Shown: positions 46,163 to 54,857 of the stretch, piece by piece
Layout of the letters: every line of letters starts with the position of its first letter
How positions within the stretch are numbered: position 1 is the stretch's first letter
Sequence record: NC_010821.1
Strand: one strand, 5' to 3'
DNA: 64,000 bases
Position numbers and translations under genes: made by a program
Notes under the pieces: model-generated
Told to the model about the DNA's origin: nothing
The model's database searches: none
What the model saw: the letters and a program-made list of their open reading frames with translations, nothing else

Positions 46163-47023
46163 TTACAACAATTCAAAACTATACAGCATCTGAACACTCA
46201 GTGATTCACTGTGACCCACTTCCTTTGTGTCACCTGCATCGTTAATGGCCCAGAATTTACCAGTAGATGATTCAGTACTGGTCAGGTACCATTTGCCGGG
46301 TTGCAGTGACCAGCCGGATATTGGTGGATTCGTAGAGGGGATACCCGATAAGAAGAATGTGCCAAGGATAGCCTTGAATTCATCTAATGTAGGTACCCAT
46401 GTCTGGTATTTCACTTGAGGTGTAGTCAGAGTCCGTCCTTGGGTAACAGCCCCACCTAGCAAAGTAATCGTCATAGGTAGGTACTGATCCACTAAGTCAC
46501 CTGACCTCGCAAAATATCCATTACGGTAAAGTGCGACCGCAGTAACCATCCCCTTGTTTGGTGTAGTATTGCTGCCATAGAGCACACCGTCAATCGTACA
46601 CCACATGGGAGCGCTAGCCGCATTATCCCAACCGATATTGGTACCTGCTAATGCTTCAAATGCGCCAATATTTGGTCGCTCAGCTGCAATGATACTTGAA
46701 CTAATATAACCTGCATTAGCATCACCGTAAAGGTAATATGGATTCTTGCTAAAGATCGCAATCATCTTATCGGACCAATCGATCAATCGAATACATGGAC
46801 CGTAAACGATCTGATTGTCTCGTCCACGATAAGCCCACATCACCCAGTAAGGCTTGTCCTTAATCGGAAAGGTTAGATTATATCCCGAATACGAAGTGGT
46901 GTTGTTCATATAGGGTTCAGGTAAGCTATCCTTATCGAACTTGGTTTCACTCACATAAACGTAAAGGCCATCGATGTGCTCACTCCCGGTTAACCCATAG
47001 GGGTTATCAACTGATATTCTCAT
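46163..47023 (-). CDS. putative virion/tail-associated protein (FN3/Ig-like N-domain family)
   Basis: Shares N-terminal pattern and a G-D/N-x-x-x-G second domain with three adjacent genes. Confidence 0.65.
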   Translation of the reverse strand: MRISVDNPYGLTGSEHIDGLYVYVSETKFDKDSLPEPYMNNTTSYSGYNLTFPIKDKPYWVMWAYRGRDNQIVYGPCIRLIDWSDKMIAIFSKNPYYLYGDANAGYISSSIIAAERPNIGAFEALAGTNIGWDNAASAPMWCTIDGVLYGSNTTPNKGMVTAVALYRNGYFARSGDLVDQYLPMTITLLGGAVTQGRTLTTPQVKYQTWVPTLDEFKAILGTFFLSGIPSTNPPISGWSLQPGKWYLTSTESSTGKFWAINDAGDTKEVGHSESLSVQMLYSFELL

Positions 47024-47880
47024 GAGTAATTCCTATCTGTCTTTGGTAAGAACCGGATGATGGGTTTCCAATACCACTCGTAGTTGTAATGGGTATTCAT
47101 ATAGATGGACTGTGGTCGGCAAGGAGCGTATGGATTTGCTTGTTGAACTAAAGACTGTCCATTAGATTCATTAGCTATCGCGAATACCATGTAGCTATTG
47201 ACGTCCTGTCCTACAATTGGACGTAAGGCATTTTGTCGCGGGTATTGTTTAGCGATGTTCCACTTAGTTGGCGTTTGCCCATCCAGAATAGCTAAAGCAA
47301 CGCTATTGTCAATTGATTTGATATATTCATAGCTGCAATAACCAACATCGACATTACGCATTGAGCCGCCACCGGCCCTGCTCATGAAAGCTTCGAAGTT
47401 ATCAGTTGGGATCTTTATCACACCTGTTGCCAATGTGTAATATATGTCGGACCCTACCTTAAATTTTAGCCATCTACCATTCCAGTTTTTAAACTCGATG
47501 CCTGGACCACCTACGTTAGCTAAGTCAGTTACGCTTGGTAAAAGGCTGGCCTCGCCAGCGTCGACGAGACCAAAACTCCAAATCGTGTCAGTACCTGACT
47601 CGGCCTGGTCGTATGTACCCGGACCATAGAGACTAACGTCGCCTAATACAATGTTAGGTGACATCACTGATTCGCCACCTTGTTTGTAAACACGGAAACG
47701 ATAGTTATAGTCTTGACCCAAAACAGTATCACGGTCAACGTACTGTGTTTCAAATCCATCAAGTGTAGCAATAGGTGGATTTACAGGAACATCTGGAATC
47801 TCAGTACCGACGGGTTCACGGTAGAGATCAATATTCGTCAGTGTTCTGGAGTTAGGGTTATTAAAGTTGATAGTAATCAT
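47020..47880 (-). CDS. putative virion/tail-associated protein (FN3/Ig-like N-domain family)
   Basis: NIDLYR...YVDRDTVLGQDYNYRFRVY, typical FN3-like. Confidence 0.7.
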   Translation of the reverse strand: MITINFNNPNSRTLTNIDLYREPVGTEIPDVPVNPPIATLDGFETQYVDRDTVLGQDYNYRFRVYKQGGESVMSPNIVLGDVSLYGPGTYDQAESGTDTIWSFGLVDAGEASLLPSVTDLANVGGPGIEFKNWNGRWLKFKVGSDIYYTLATGVIKIPTDNFEAFMSRAGGGSMRNVDVGYCSYEYIKSIDNSVALAILDGQTPTKWNIAKQYPRQNALRPIVGQDVNSYMVFAIANESNGQSLVQQANPYAPCRPQSIYMNTHYNYEWYWKPIIRFLPKTDRNYS

Positions 47881-49835
47881 TGGACCACCACCTTAGCATA
47901 CGGAGGGTAGATACGATCAACTTGCGGTGCGATCGTATTGATAGGTTTGAGGACTGTCTCCAATGGATCTGCCAGATCCAGAACCAACAATATCGAATCC
48001 GAGGTGTCATTCAACCATGGTTGGCTAAGCATTGTGTAGATTCGATTGTTGTGGAAAGTGGACGTACCTTTGAATCGCTTCTGTGCACCGATGCTAGGTA
48101 CGTCGGCCATAACTTTCAGCCATCTGGATTCATTTGGTAACCACTGATAAACATAGAACTTAGCTTCGTCTGACGGAATACTTGCGCTGGTAACCAAGAA
48201 CAATGTGTCACGCCATGTAAATAACTTACCGCCTTTGGTGACTGGCAGTTCGGTACCTTGGGTTGTGATGCTCGACATATAGAACGAGTTCGGTGGGTTC
48301 AGCGGTAAAGCTTTACGATAAGCTGCGTTCGTATAACCATTAGCTGAACGCGTGCCGCCGACCTCCATCAGATATCCAGCGTATGCCCCAACAGCTGCAC
48401 CGCCGGAGGTTGATGGCATTCCCGTAGTACCTGTTTGCAGAGTACCGTCAAACGTAGCCGCTTCGGCGGAGTAGTAAGTACTAGCTATGGTGGGTTGTTC
48501 GGTGTAATAAGCTCCGAAGATAAAGATCATATCTTTATTTAGAGCCGTATCGAAGTAGACCGTACCACTGGAACCAAAGCCAAATGTAACGTTGGTAGTC
48601 AGTGTAGTCCACAACCCTTCCGGTGTACCATTGTCCTCCCAGACTTGAACGTCGTTGTAGAGTTCTTGATAACTCCACTCGGTCGTGCCAATGCGCTTCA
48701 CACCACCAAAACAATAAATCTTATTGTTATAGACCCACGTTACTGGCTGGTAAACTCCAACTGGTAGCGGTGCATGGATTTGTTCGTCCTCACCATTCAA
48801 ATCAAAACTGATGTGCCTGGTAGATGCATCTAACCCGGTAGTGAAGGTGGTTGAAATACCACCGAAGAAGTGAACTCGGTTGTTAACAACTTCTGCACCA
48901 CACATCATCATCCGGTCTTCAGGTAGAGTAGGTTTAACCACTACATCAGAATCTGGAAAGGCTGTGTCACTCCGACTAACCAATTCCAACACCATGAACA
49001 ATGGGTGCACACCATTCCAATCAATTAGTATTTGATTGCCGGCAAGATCGACACTAAGGTTATCTGCTTCGGTCATACGACTTGAAGTAACAACAGGTGA
49101 ACTGTAGGTATGTGGATTGTTATTAGAGATCGCAACTTCCTGTTGATTACCCAATACCGATGATGGATACAGTTTGATATAGAGTTGATTGAACTCGTTC
49201 TCAGTCATCAATCTGAATCGGTAGGTAAATCCATTAGCATGTACCTTACGACCTTGCTGCACTTTAGTTGTGATGGAGTTATATAAAACCGCATTAAGCT
49301 GGTCCTTACCATCGCCACTGCTAAATAATGCACCTGCTTTATAAAGCTCTTCCAAAGAACCTTGTACCACGGGTACGTCTGTAATAAAAAGTACCTTGTC
49401 ATCAATCAAACATTTCTCAACGTTTGTGTTAGCATGATCGACCCCTTCGATCCATGGGATATTAGGAAAGTCTACAGGTAACTGACTAACTGGATAAACC
49501 GTGTTAAGTGGAATCGATCCATAGCGTCCTACTTTAGCATCACCCCTTAAGATCATATCGGGAACGGTACTATCTGGATTGACCTGAGGACCCGTGAAGT
49601 ATTTCTTCATGGTCGTGTACATCGGACCAACGATCTCAGATGCGTTGTGCACTACACCAATCCGGTAATACACTAGTCGATTAAGTTCAACTGTGGTATC
49701 ATGGTACTCGGTTGTAGTGGCGGGTAAAGATACCAGGGGAGTAGGACACTTATCATAAGTGAACGTTTCGTAACTGCGATAAATATTAATTGTGCTATCG
49801 GCAGTCGTATTGTAATTCGTCAAGTCAATACGCAT
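47877..49835 (-). CDS. putative virion protein: FN3-like domain plus Kelch-like beta-propeller
   Basis: INIYRS...YHDTTVELNRLVYYRIG; Kelch-type repeats VHFFGG, IYCFGG, IFIFGA, LMEVGG. Confidence 0.7.
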   Translation of the reverse strand: MRIDLTNYNTTADSTINIYRSYETFTYDKCPTPLVSLPATTTEYHDTTVELNRLVYYRIGVVHNASEIVGPMYTTMKKYFTGPQVNPDSTVPDMILRGDAKVGRYGSIPLNTVYPVSQLPVDFPNIPWIEGVDHANTNVEKCLIDDKVLFITDVPVVQGSLEELYKAGALFSSGDGKDQLNAVLYNSITTKVQQGRKVHANGFTYRFRLMTENEFNQLYIKLYPSSVLGNQQEVAISNNNPHTYSSPVVTSSRMTEADNLSVDLAGNQILIDWNGVHPLFMVLELVSRSDTAFPDSDVVVKPTLPEDRMMMCGAEVVNNRVHFFGGISTTFTTGLDASTRHISFDLNGEDEQIHAPLPVGVYQPVTWVYNNKIYCFGGVKRIGTTEWSYQELYNDVQVWEDNGTPEGLWTTLTTNVTFGFGSSGTVYFDTALNKDMIFIFGAYYTEQPTIASTYYSAEAATFDGTLQTGTTGMPSTSGGAAVGAYAGYLMEVGGTRSANGYTNAAYRKALPLNPPNSFYMSSITTQGTELPVTKGGKLFTWRDTLFLVTSASIPSDEAKFYVYQWLPNESRWLKVMADVPSIGAQKRFKGTSTFHNNRIYTMLSQPWLNDTSDSILLVLDLADPLETVLKPINTIAPQVDRIYPPYAKVVVQ

Positions 49836-49837
49836 GT

Positions 49838-50803
49838 TCAGCTCCCATCAATAGGTCCAGTTAGGCCAGTGTAAACCAGTACGGGCCAGATCAACGTAGA
49901 GTCCCAATTACTCGTAACTGAATAATCAACATCTTCCACGTGTAGTTCTTTTGGTCGAGCTGGGGCAGGACCTGTCGCGGTCGTCCAATTAATAGACGTT
50001 CCAGTGGTATCAGTCCAATCGCAAGTTAAGATCCACTTCACAGTGTCGCTTGGGTAACGCTGTGTAAGTGTATCATAGAACTTCACTTGACCATTATTGA
50101 TACCTAACCGATTACCTGTTTTGTTGCCAGTATCAGCGTCTTCAATCCGAGAATACATCTCAGTGATCACACCCAACATGGATCTAAGTTCGCCAGGGAA
50201 GTGTTCTATGTCATGTTCAGTATTAGACGAGTGTACTGCCGATGGAACTAACAAAGCCCATTCATGTAAACCCATCGTGAATTTAATGGGTTGACCTGAG
50301 ATCAATGTTTGGACCTGGGTGTCTTGTAAACTGATCTCAGTACCTAATGCAACCGGGTAACTAAAGGTACCGCGTACTGAACCACCTACAGCGAACTTAT
50401 GTGGGTAAGTATTAAGCGATTCATCTAGTGGTGATAAGCCAAGTATATTGCGGACATAATTCAAAGAAGGTATCGTAGCCCCATCGGATGGGAATACGTC
50501 GTAATAACCAAATCGTTCATCACCAAAGACGGTTCTCGAATTACCTGGACCTGTATACGGGTTTGCATCAAACGCAAATAGTTTAGACATTGGGGACGCG
50601 TCCTGTCCCGTAACAGACTTAAACCGATAATAATAGGTTAAGCCCTGCTCTACGTCCGTATCAAGGTAAGTCGAAATACCGTTGTCGACTGTTGCGATTA
50701 AAGCTGCCTCATCAGGACGCTCAAAAGGAGACGTTGATCGATAGATCTCAGTCTTATGTACTGACCCAGTATTAGGGTCTAACCATTTAAGTTGAATTAA
50801 CAT
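49838..50803 (-). CDS. putative virion/tail-associated protein (FN3/Ig-like N-domain family)
   Basis: LKWLDPN...TEIYRS...YLDTDVEQGLTYYYRFKSV. Confidence 0.7.
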   Translation of the reverse strand: MLIQLKWLDPNTGSVHKTEIYRSTSPFERPDEAALIATVDNGISTYLDTDVEQGLTYYYRFKSVTGQDASPMSKLFAFDANPYTGPGNSRTVFGDERFGYYDVFPSDGATIPSLNYVRNILGLSPLDESLNTYPHKFAVGGSVRGTFSYPVALGTEISLQDTQVQTLISGQPIKFTMGLHEWALLVPSAVHSSNTEHDIEHFPGELRSMLGVITEMYSRIEDADTGNKTGNRLGINNGQVKFYDTLTQRYPSDTVKWILTCDWTDTTGTSINWTTATGPAPARPKELHVEDVDYSVTSNWDSTLIWPVLVYTGLTGPIDGS

Positions 50804-50804
50804 A

Positions 50805-50966
50805 TTAGGCCGGTCCTGGTATAATCTGTGGTTCTTCGGTAGTTGTGTTATCTACATCTATAACCTGGAATGTAGCAGCTGGTGGAATGCTACCTTCGTA
50901 AACGTCAATCGCGTCAGTGATTGCCTGTAACGGCACACCACCAACAAATAGTAAGGCGTCTATCAT
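50805..50966 (-). CDS. small protein heading the virion cassette (53 aa)
   Basis: GAGG SD; TATGTA late-type motif at 50991-50996 (- strand). Confidence 0.6.
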   Translation of the reverse strand: MIDALLFVGGVPLQAITDAIDVYEGSIPPAATFQVIDVDNTTTEEPQIIPGPA

Positions 50967-51002
50967 AGTTACCTCGATGATTTACAGAGTTACATAACAT
51001 AA

Positions 51003-51030
51003 CGGCATAAAGCCTCCCCGGAGGGAGGCT
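51003..51030 (-). terminator. intrinsic terminator-like hairpin
   Basis: AGCCTCCC-loop-GGGAGGCT-TTATGCCGTT on the - strand. Confidence 0.75.
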
Positions 51031-51340
51031 AATATAGTGTGCCGATCATGTAATTGGAAAGATAGATATCGATACTTCTGTCAGTATGGGTAACTCGCGG
51101 TTTCCAATAAGTGTCTCGGCCAGCCAGTGCATCTCGAGCTAAATGACTTTTATATAAGTCCAATAGAAAAGACTCCAGCATAGCCGCCTTTTGAGCGAGG
51201 GTGTGCGAAGAGTCACAGAGGATATTAGCTTCAATATACGTGCGCAGGTTGGTAGCGTAGTATTGGATCAGAGCTTTATCGGGACCAGCTATTTCATCAT
51301 ACGGATCATGTTGCGTTCCAGTCAAATTAGTTTGTATCAT
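51029..51340 (-). CDS. hypothetical protein
   Basis: AGGA SD. Confidence 0.7.
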   Translation of the reverse strand: MIQTNLTGTQHDPYDEIAGPDKALIQYYATNLRTYIEANILCDSSHTLAQKAAMLESFLLDLYKSHLARDALAGRDTYWKPRVTHTDRSIDIYLSNYMIGTLY

Positions 51341-51348
51341 GGTTGTTC

Positions 51349-51693
51349 CTAAGTGATGGTGAGAATACTATCGCCATTATAGAAGACTTCAACAATAGTC
51401 TTGTTTATATTAACCCATTTTGCTTCGATCGTGTGATCGGGTTTAGTTGCGAACGACATGATCTTGTAAAACTCTAGGTGTTCATTCAACCGATTCAGGA
51501 CAAACTGATCGAGTAGTTGTCCCCGATACCTTTCGACAAATATTGGAACTACGATATTGCAGTACGTTTCGATTAATTCATCATGTGGACATTTGGTTGG
51601 GAAGGCCAACTGATATTTTAACCTAGTTAGATCCCATGACGCGTCTCTTTCAGCCTGCGATCTGAAATCGTTAGTGTAAGGATACATAATCAC
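51349..51693 (-). CDS. hypothetical protein
   Basis: ORF track; weakly similar to 51029..51340. Confidence 0.7.
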   Translation of the reverse strand: MIMYPYTNDFRSQAERDASWDLTRLKYQLAFPTKCPHDELIETYCNIVVPIFVERYRGQLLDQFVLNRLNEHLEFYKIMSFATKPDHTIEAKWVNINKTIVEVFYNGDSILTIT

Positions 51694-52208
51694 CCCATGT
51701 CGTTGCAGATAATGACGCCATCAAAGCCAATGTTAGTCAGCCAGTTATAGAACTTCTCTTTACGCACTGCTTTAAAGAAGGCCACCGAATTCTGAATGTA
51801 AATTCTATTAATGGTGATATTGAAGAAATCGTAATCTTGGCGAACGAATTCAGATATCTCCATCTGTGTTAACACTCGCCTTACCACACTTAGCGGTAAG
51901 CTGGTATTATCCCCGGTTGAGCCGATCGGAACGTATTCACGGTTAAATGTAAAGCTATTGCGAAAGGTCTCACGAACACTTTGGTTAGGGGTGATTAGGA
52001 TAGCATCGTCGTACTTAAGGAAATCTTGATGCATCCAGTACGCAGCACCACATTGCCTAGGTGCACGATAACCTACTGTTTTAAAATCTTTAAGCCATGT
52101 AGCTTGATCATGTTCCAACCCGAAGTGTGCTTTCAATTCAGTGTGGGTCGTTGCTTTCTCAATCATGCCATCAATGAAGCTTTGAATAGCCTCTATATGT
52201 GGATACAT
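51690..52208 (-). CDS. degenerate P-loop-like protein (paralog of 44637..45140)
   Basis: KTVGYRAPRQCGAA...AILIT; GAGGT SD. Confidence 0.6.
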   Translation of the reverse strand: MYPHIEAIQSFIDGMIEKATTHTELKAHFGLEHDQATWLKDFKTVGYRAPRQCGAAYWMHQDFLKYDDAILITPNQSVRETFRNSFTFNREYVPIGSTGDNTSLPLSVVRRVLTQMEISEFVRQDYDFFNITINRIYIQNSVAFFKAVRKEKFYNWLTNIGFDGVIICNDMG

Positions 52209-52262
52209 TGTTATTACCTCTTAGTCGAAATAAATCCTGCCCGAAGGCAGGACTATTAGAAT

Positions 52263-52349
52263 TGGTGCCGGTGGTGGGCCTCGATCCCACAATCCCTTAC
52301 GGGCGGCGGATTTTAAGTCCGCTATCTATACCAATTCGATCACACCGGC
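52263..52349 (-). tRNA. trnL: tRNA-Leu (anticodon UAA), class II, encoded CCA
   Basis: GCCGGTG/CACCGGC acceptor, D loop with GG, GCGGA-CTTAAAA-TCCGC anticodon arm, long variable arm CCCGTAAGGG, T arm GTGGG-ATCGAGG-CCCAC (non-canonical ATCG in place of TTCG), ACCA end. Confidence 0.93.
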
Positions 52350-52469
52350 GGGTAGCACTGACGAATCAGTGCGACGGACTATACTGGTCCGTTGCAGCTC
52401 AGTTACCATGAGTAGGCTATCACGGAGTGTAATTACTCATATAGTATTACACTCCTGGTATTCTTTTAC

Positions 52470-53138
52470 TTAGGGGGTTACCAGCTCGCCCCATTTAGGA
52501 TCAAAGGCAATCAACTCGTCACGACTGAGTTCACGCATCCGCCAAGCTTGGATGGAATCAAACTTGATTGTGTTATCGTGACAGGAGTACATGTATCCTT
52601 GAATTCGGTGACCGTCGGTAGTATAGCCAGTGGTTTCAATTGGGCACACGAATACGTTACCGCGTGCACCTTGCTTGAACGTGTAGTCCTTTAGTCCGTA
52701 AACACGTACATTGATTCCTTCACTGACCGTACTTGAGCGACCAGTGGGCCATATGGCATTTTCATAGTAATCAACTTGAGCAATGGTAGCGGGCAGCAGT
52801 TTACGGAGTTCATATTCAAACTCTATCTTCAGCTTGATGTTATTCAGTGCATCGAATACGACTTGATCAAATACATAGAAGCCTTCATGGGTGTGTCCTT
52901 CGCCTCTATGTACGATGAAACCGTGTTCGCGTTCACCTACGTGAATCGGGTATTGCTCCGTAGATTCCTTAATAGCCCAATCACTGACGTATTCTATTGA
53001 TTCTACGACTGTTAGAGTCTTACCAGATTGGTGAGTGACCGTGATTGGACCGTGTTGGTCGATGTACGTGCGGATGATGTTGTCATTCATTTTTAATTGC
53101 CTTTGATATTGGACATCGTCTTGGTGACGTGCCTTCAA
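52470..53138 (-). CDS. hypothetical protein
   Basis: ORF track; TATATTAA promoter-like motif at 53143-53150 (- strand). Confidence 0.75.
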   Translation of the reverse strand: MKARHQDDVQYQRQLKMNDNIIRTYIDQHGPITVTHQSGKTLTVVESIEYVSDWAIKESTEQYPIHVGEREHGFIVHRGEGHTHEGFYVFDQVVFDALNNIKLKIEFEYELRKLLPATIAQVDYYENAIWPTGRSSTVSEGINVRVYGLKDYTFKQGARGNVFVCPIETTGYTTDGHRIQGYMYSCHDNTIKFDSIQAWRMRELSRDELIAFDPKWGELVTP

Positions 53139-53161
53139 TAAATTAATATAGCTAGTATTAT

Positions 53162-53740
53162 TTAACCGTTGAACTTACGAGCTTCGGTTTCATTATCGTA
53201 GAGTGTGCAACCCCAGTTAGACCAGAGTCCGGTGTTAGGGTTGTAACGCCACTCTTTGGTTTTGTGTTCGCCGAGTTGTTCTTTAAGGTTTTTCACGGCT
53301 TCATTAAAGCTATAGCCTACACCTTTACCCAACAGGTGGGCTTTAGCGTCTTCACCCGTTGCGCGATAACCTTCCATCCATACTTCGAACTCACGTAGTT
53401 TCAATACCGTACCACGTTGCTCCTTCAGGACTTGCATAACTTGTTCGAAGTCGTCATAACCCAATGCGGTTAAATCGCGCATCAATGCACGTTGCGCGTC
53501 ACCATCTTTCAGATGTTCCACCAGATCCTCGTCAACGATCATCAGACCGCCTAATGCAATGATGTTAGCTAACTGTTGTACTTTCATCCACTCGCCCTTA
53601 GGATCGACTACAGGTTCTCCTGAAGGTGGGGGTGCATGACGGTCTAAGATGATACCGATTGGTTTGATGGTGTATCGAGTTAGACGTTTAAACACATTAG
53701 TGTGGTCTAGGTTAACTTCGGTTGTAAATTCTTGTGTCAT
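53162..53740 (-). CDS. hypothetical phage protein
   Basis: C-terminal EVWMEGYRATG...WGCTLYDNETEARK domain, a pattern common in large phages. Confidence 0.75.
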   Translation of the reverse strand: MTQEFTTEVNLDHTNVFKRLTRYTIKPIGIILDRHAPPPSGEPVVDPKGEWMKVQQLANIIALGGLMIVDEDLVEHLKDGDAQRALMRDLTALGYDDFEQVMQVLKEQRGTVLKLREFEVWMEGYRATGEDAKAHLLGKGVGYSFNEAVKNLKEQLGEHKTKEWRYNPNTGLWSNWGCTLYDNETEARKFNG

Positions 53741-53749
53741 TTTAGTTAC

Positions 53750-54007
53750 TCAGTGAATTACGTCAATGCCATGGGTATGACACATGCACGTACATAGGTC
53801 GGATTCCTTCCCGTCTAGTAATAGGAAGGATTGTTGTGGCCATCGTTGCTCACGACTGTAGATCCATTTAGCCATATCAGACTCACGGTCTTCGCGGACT
53901 TCTACAATAGCACTTAAGCCGAATAACTCCCGGATGGTTTCCATATTGACTGCACCCGGAGAAGTTTGATATTTTGCATAGGTTCTTTCACAGCAGGGTT
54001 GGCACAT
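53750..54007 (-). CDS. small Cys-rich protein
   Basis: ORF 53750..54079; MCQPCC...CTCMCH suggests metal binding; start uncertain. Confidence 0.6.
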   Translation of the reverse strand: MCQPCCERTYAKYQTSPGAVNMETIRELFGLSAIVEVREDRESDMAKWIYSREQRWPQQSFLLLDGKESDLCTCMCHTHGIDVIH

Positions 54008-54014
54008 GGTCACC

Positions 54015-54197
54015 TCACAGTGTGCATCGACGGTTAAGTAGTTCTTCTGTAACTTCTTCTGCCTTGAGTTGTGCTGCAATCCGACGGTCGGTTGCAGCTA
54101 GTCGTTCCTGAGTCTTACGTAAGCGCTCAGCCCGTTCCTCAGGGGTTTCCTTAGAACGACGATAATCAATTAGATCTTGAATAGATTGAAGGCTCAT
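54015..54197 (-). CDS. small charged helical protein
   Basis: Ends VTEELLNRRCTL; ATGA overlap. Confidence 0.7.
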   Translation of the reverse strand: MSLQSIQDLIDYRRSKETPEERAERLRKTQERLAATDRRIAAQLKAEEVTEELLNRRCTL

Positions 54198-54367
54198 AAA
54201 TCGACCACTCGGTTTAGCATTTCTGGCGTTACTTTTTGTGCTTCAGCTTTTCGCTTCAGAATAATTGTCATTATCCTAGTCCTAGCTCGTGCCTTACGTA
54301 AGAATTCCTCGTGGGAACTGTACCCCATTACTTTCCAACAACTTGGTTCGCGTTCCTGAGTCGACAT
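54194..54367 (-). CDS. small basic helical protein (57 aa)
   Basis: Translated by hand; GGAG SD; ends VTPEMLNRVVDL. Confidence 0.65.
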   Translation of the reverse strand: MSTQEREPSCWKVMGYSSHEEFLRKARARTRIMTIILKRKAEAQKVTPEMLNRVVDL

Positions 54368-54414
54368 AGTCTTAACTCCGATTTATTAGTTATAATAAGT
54401 GCACTCCAGTAAAA

Positions 54415-54444
54415 TACGGCATAAGGAAACCCCTGAGGGTTTCC
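54415..54444 (-). terminator. intrinsic terminator-like hairpin
   Basis: GGAAACCC-TCAG-GGGTTTCC-TTATGCCGT. Confidence 0.75.
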
Positions 54445-54633
54445 AAATACCACACGGTCCCACTAGGCAGCTTCAGTATGCGATGGAAGGACTTCAAGTG
54501 TTATGCTACAACGCTCTCTCCGGCAACTACGGGTCTTTTCCCTCAATCCGTGAGGCCCAGGGTCTTCTCACGCTTACGAGGCGCTGGCACTATCGTAATT
54601 TGCATGAGCGTTGTATTCCCGTGCACAGGAATT
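54445..54633 (-). ncRNA. candidate structured RNA (or structured 3' UTR)
   Basis: 10-bp perfect helix TACAACGCTC/GAGCGTTGTA continued by GCAAATTACG/CGTAGTTGC; no credible gene. Confidence 0.4.
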
Positions 54634-54744
54634 CTAGCGTTGCTTGGCTATCAAAGCCAGTTGTCTAGCAAGTAATACATCACGTAAGCGATCACGTTTC
54701 TCACATTCTTTTACAGGTGTGTCTTTGGTATCGTTCACAGTCAT
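54634..54744 (-). CDS. small peptide (36 aa) co-transcribed with the tRNA-like RNA
   Basis: GAAGGT SD; MTVNDTKDTPVKECEKRDRLRDVLLARQLALIAKQR. Confidence 0.5.
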   Translation of the reverse strand: MTVNDTKDTPVKECEKRDRLRDVLLARQLALIAKQR

Positions 54745-54765
54745 TACCTTCAGTTCATATATAAT

Positions 54766-54857
54766 TGGAGTACCCGACATGATTCGAACATGTAACCTCC
54801 TGAGATCGGCACGTAGCTTATGATCTTGGGACTCTATCCAATTGAGATTACGGGCAC
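54766..54857 (-). tRNA. tRNA-like RNA / pseudo-tRNA with aberrant anticodon arm
   Basis: 7-bp acceptor GTGCCCG/CGGGTAC, perfect T arm ACATG-TTCGAAT-CATGT, D loop AATTGGATA with CTC/GAG stem, encoded CCA; anticodon region expanded and mismatched. Confidence 0.8.

Noticed and set aside
54766-54857. Calling the element a functional tRNA-Met/Ile2(CAU) or tRNA-Gly(GCC)
   Set aside because: Neither triplet sits in a 7-nt loop closed by a 5-bp stem, so no decoding identity can be assigned.
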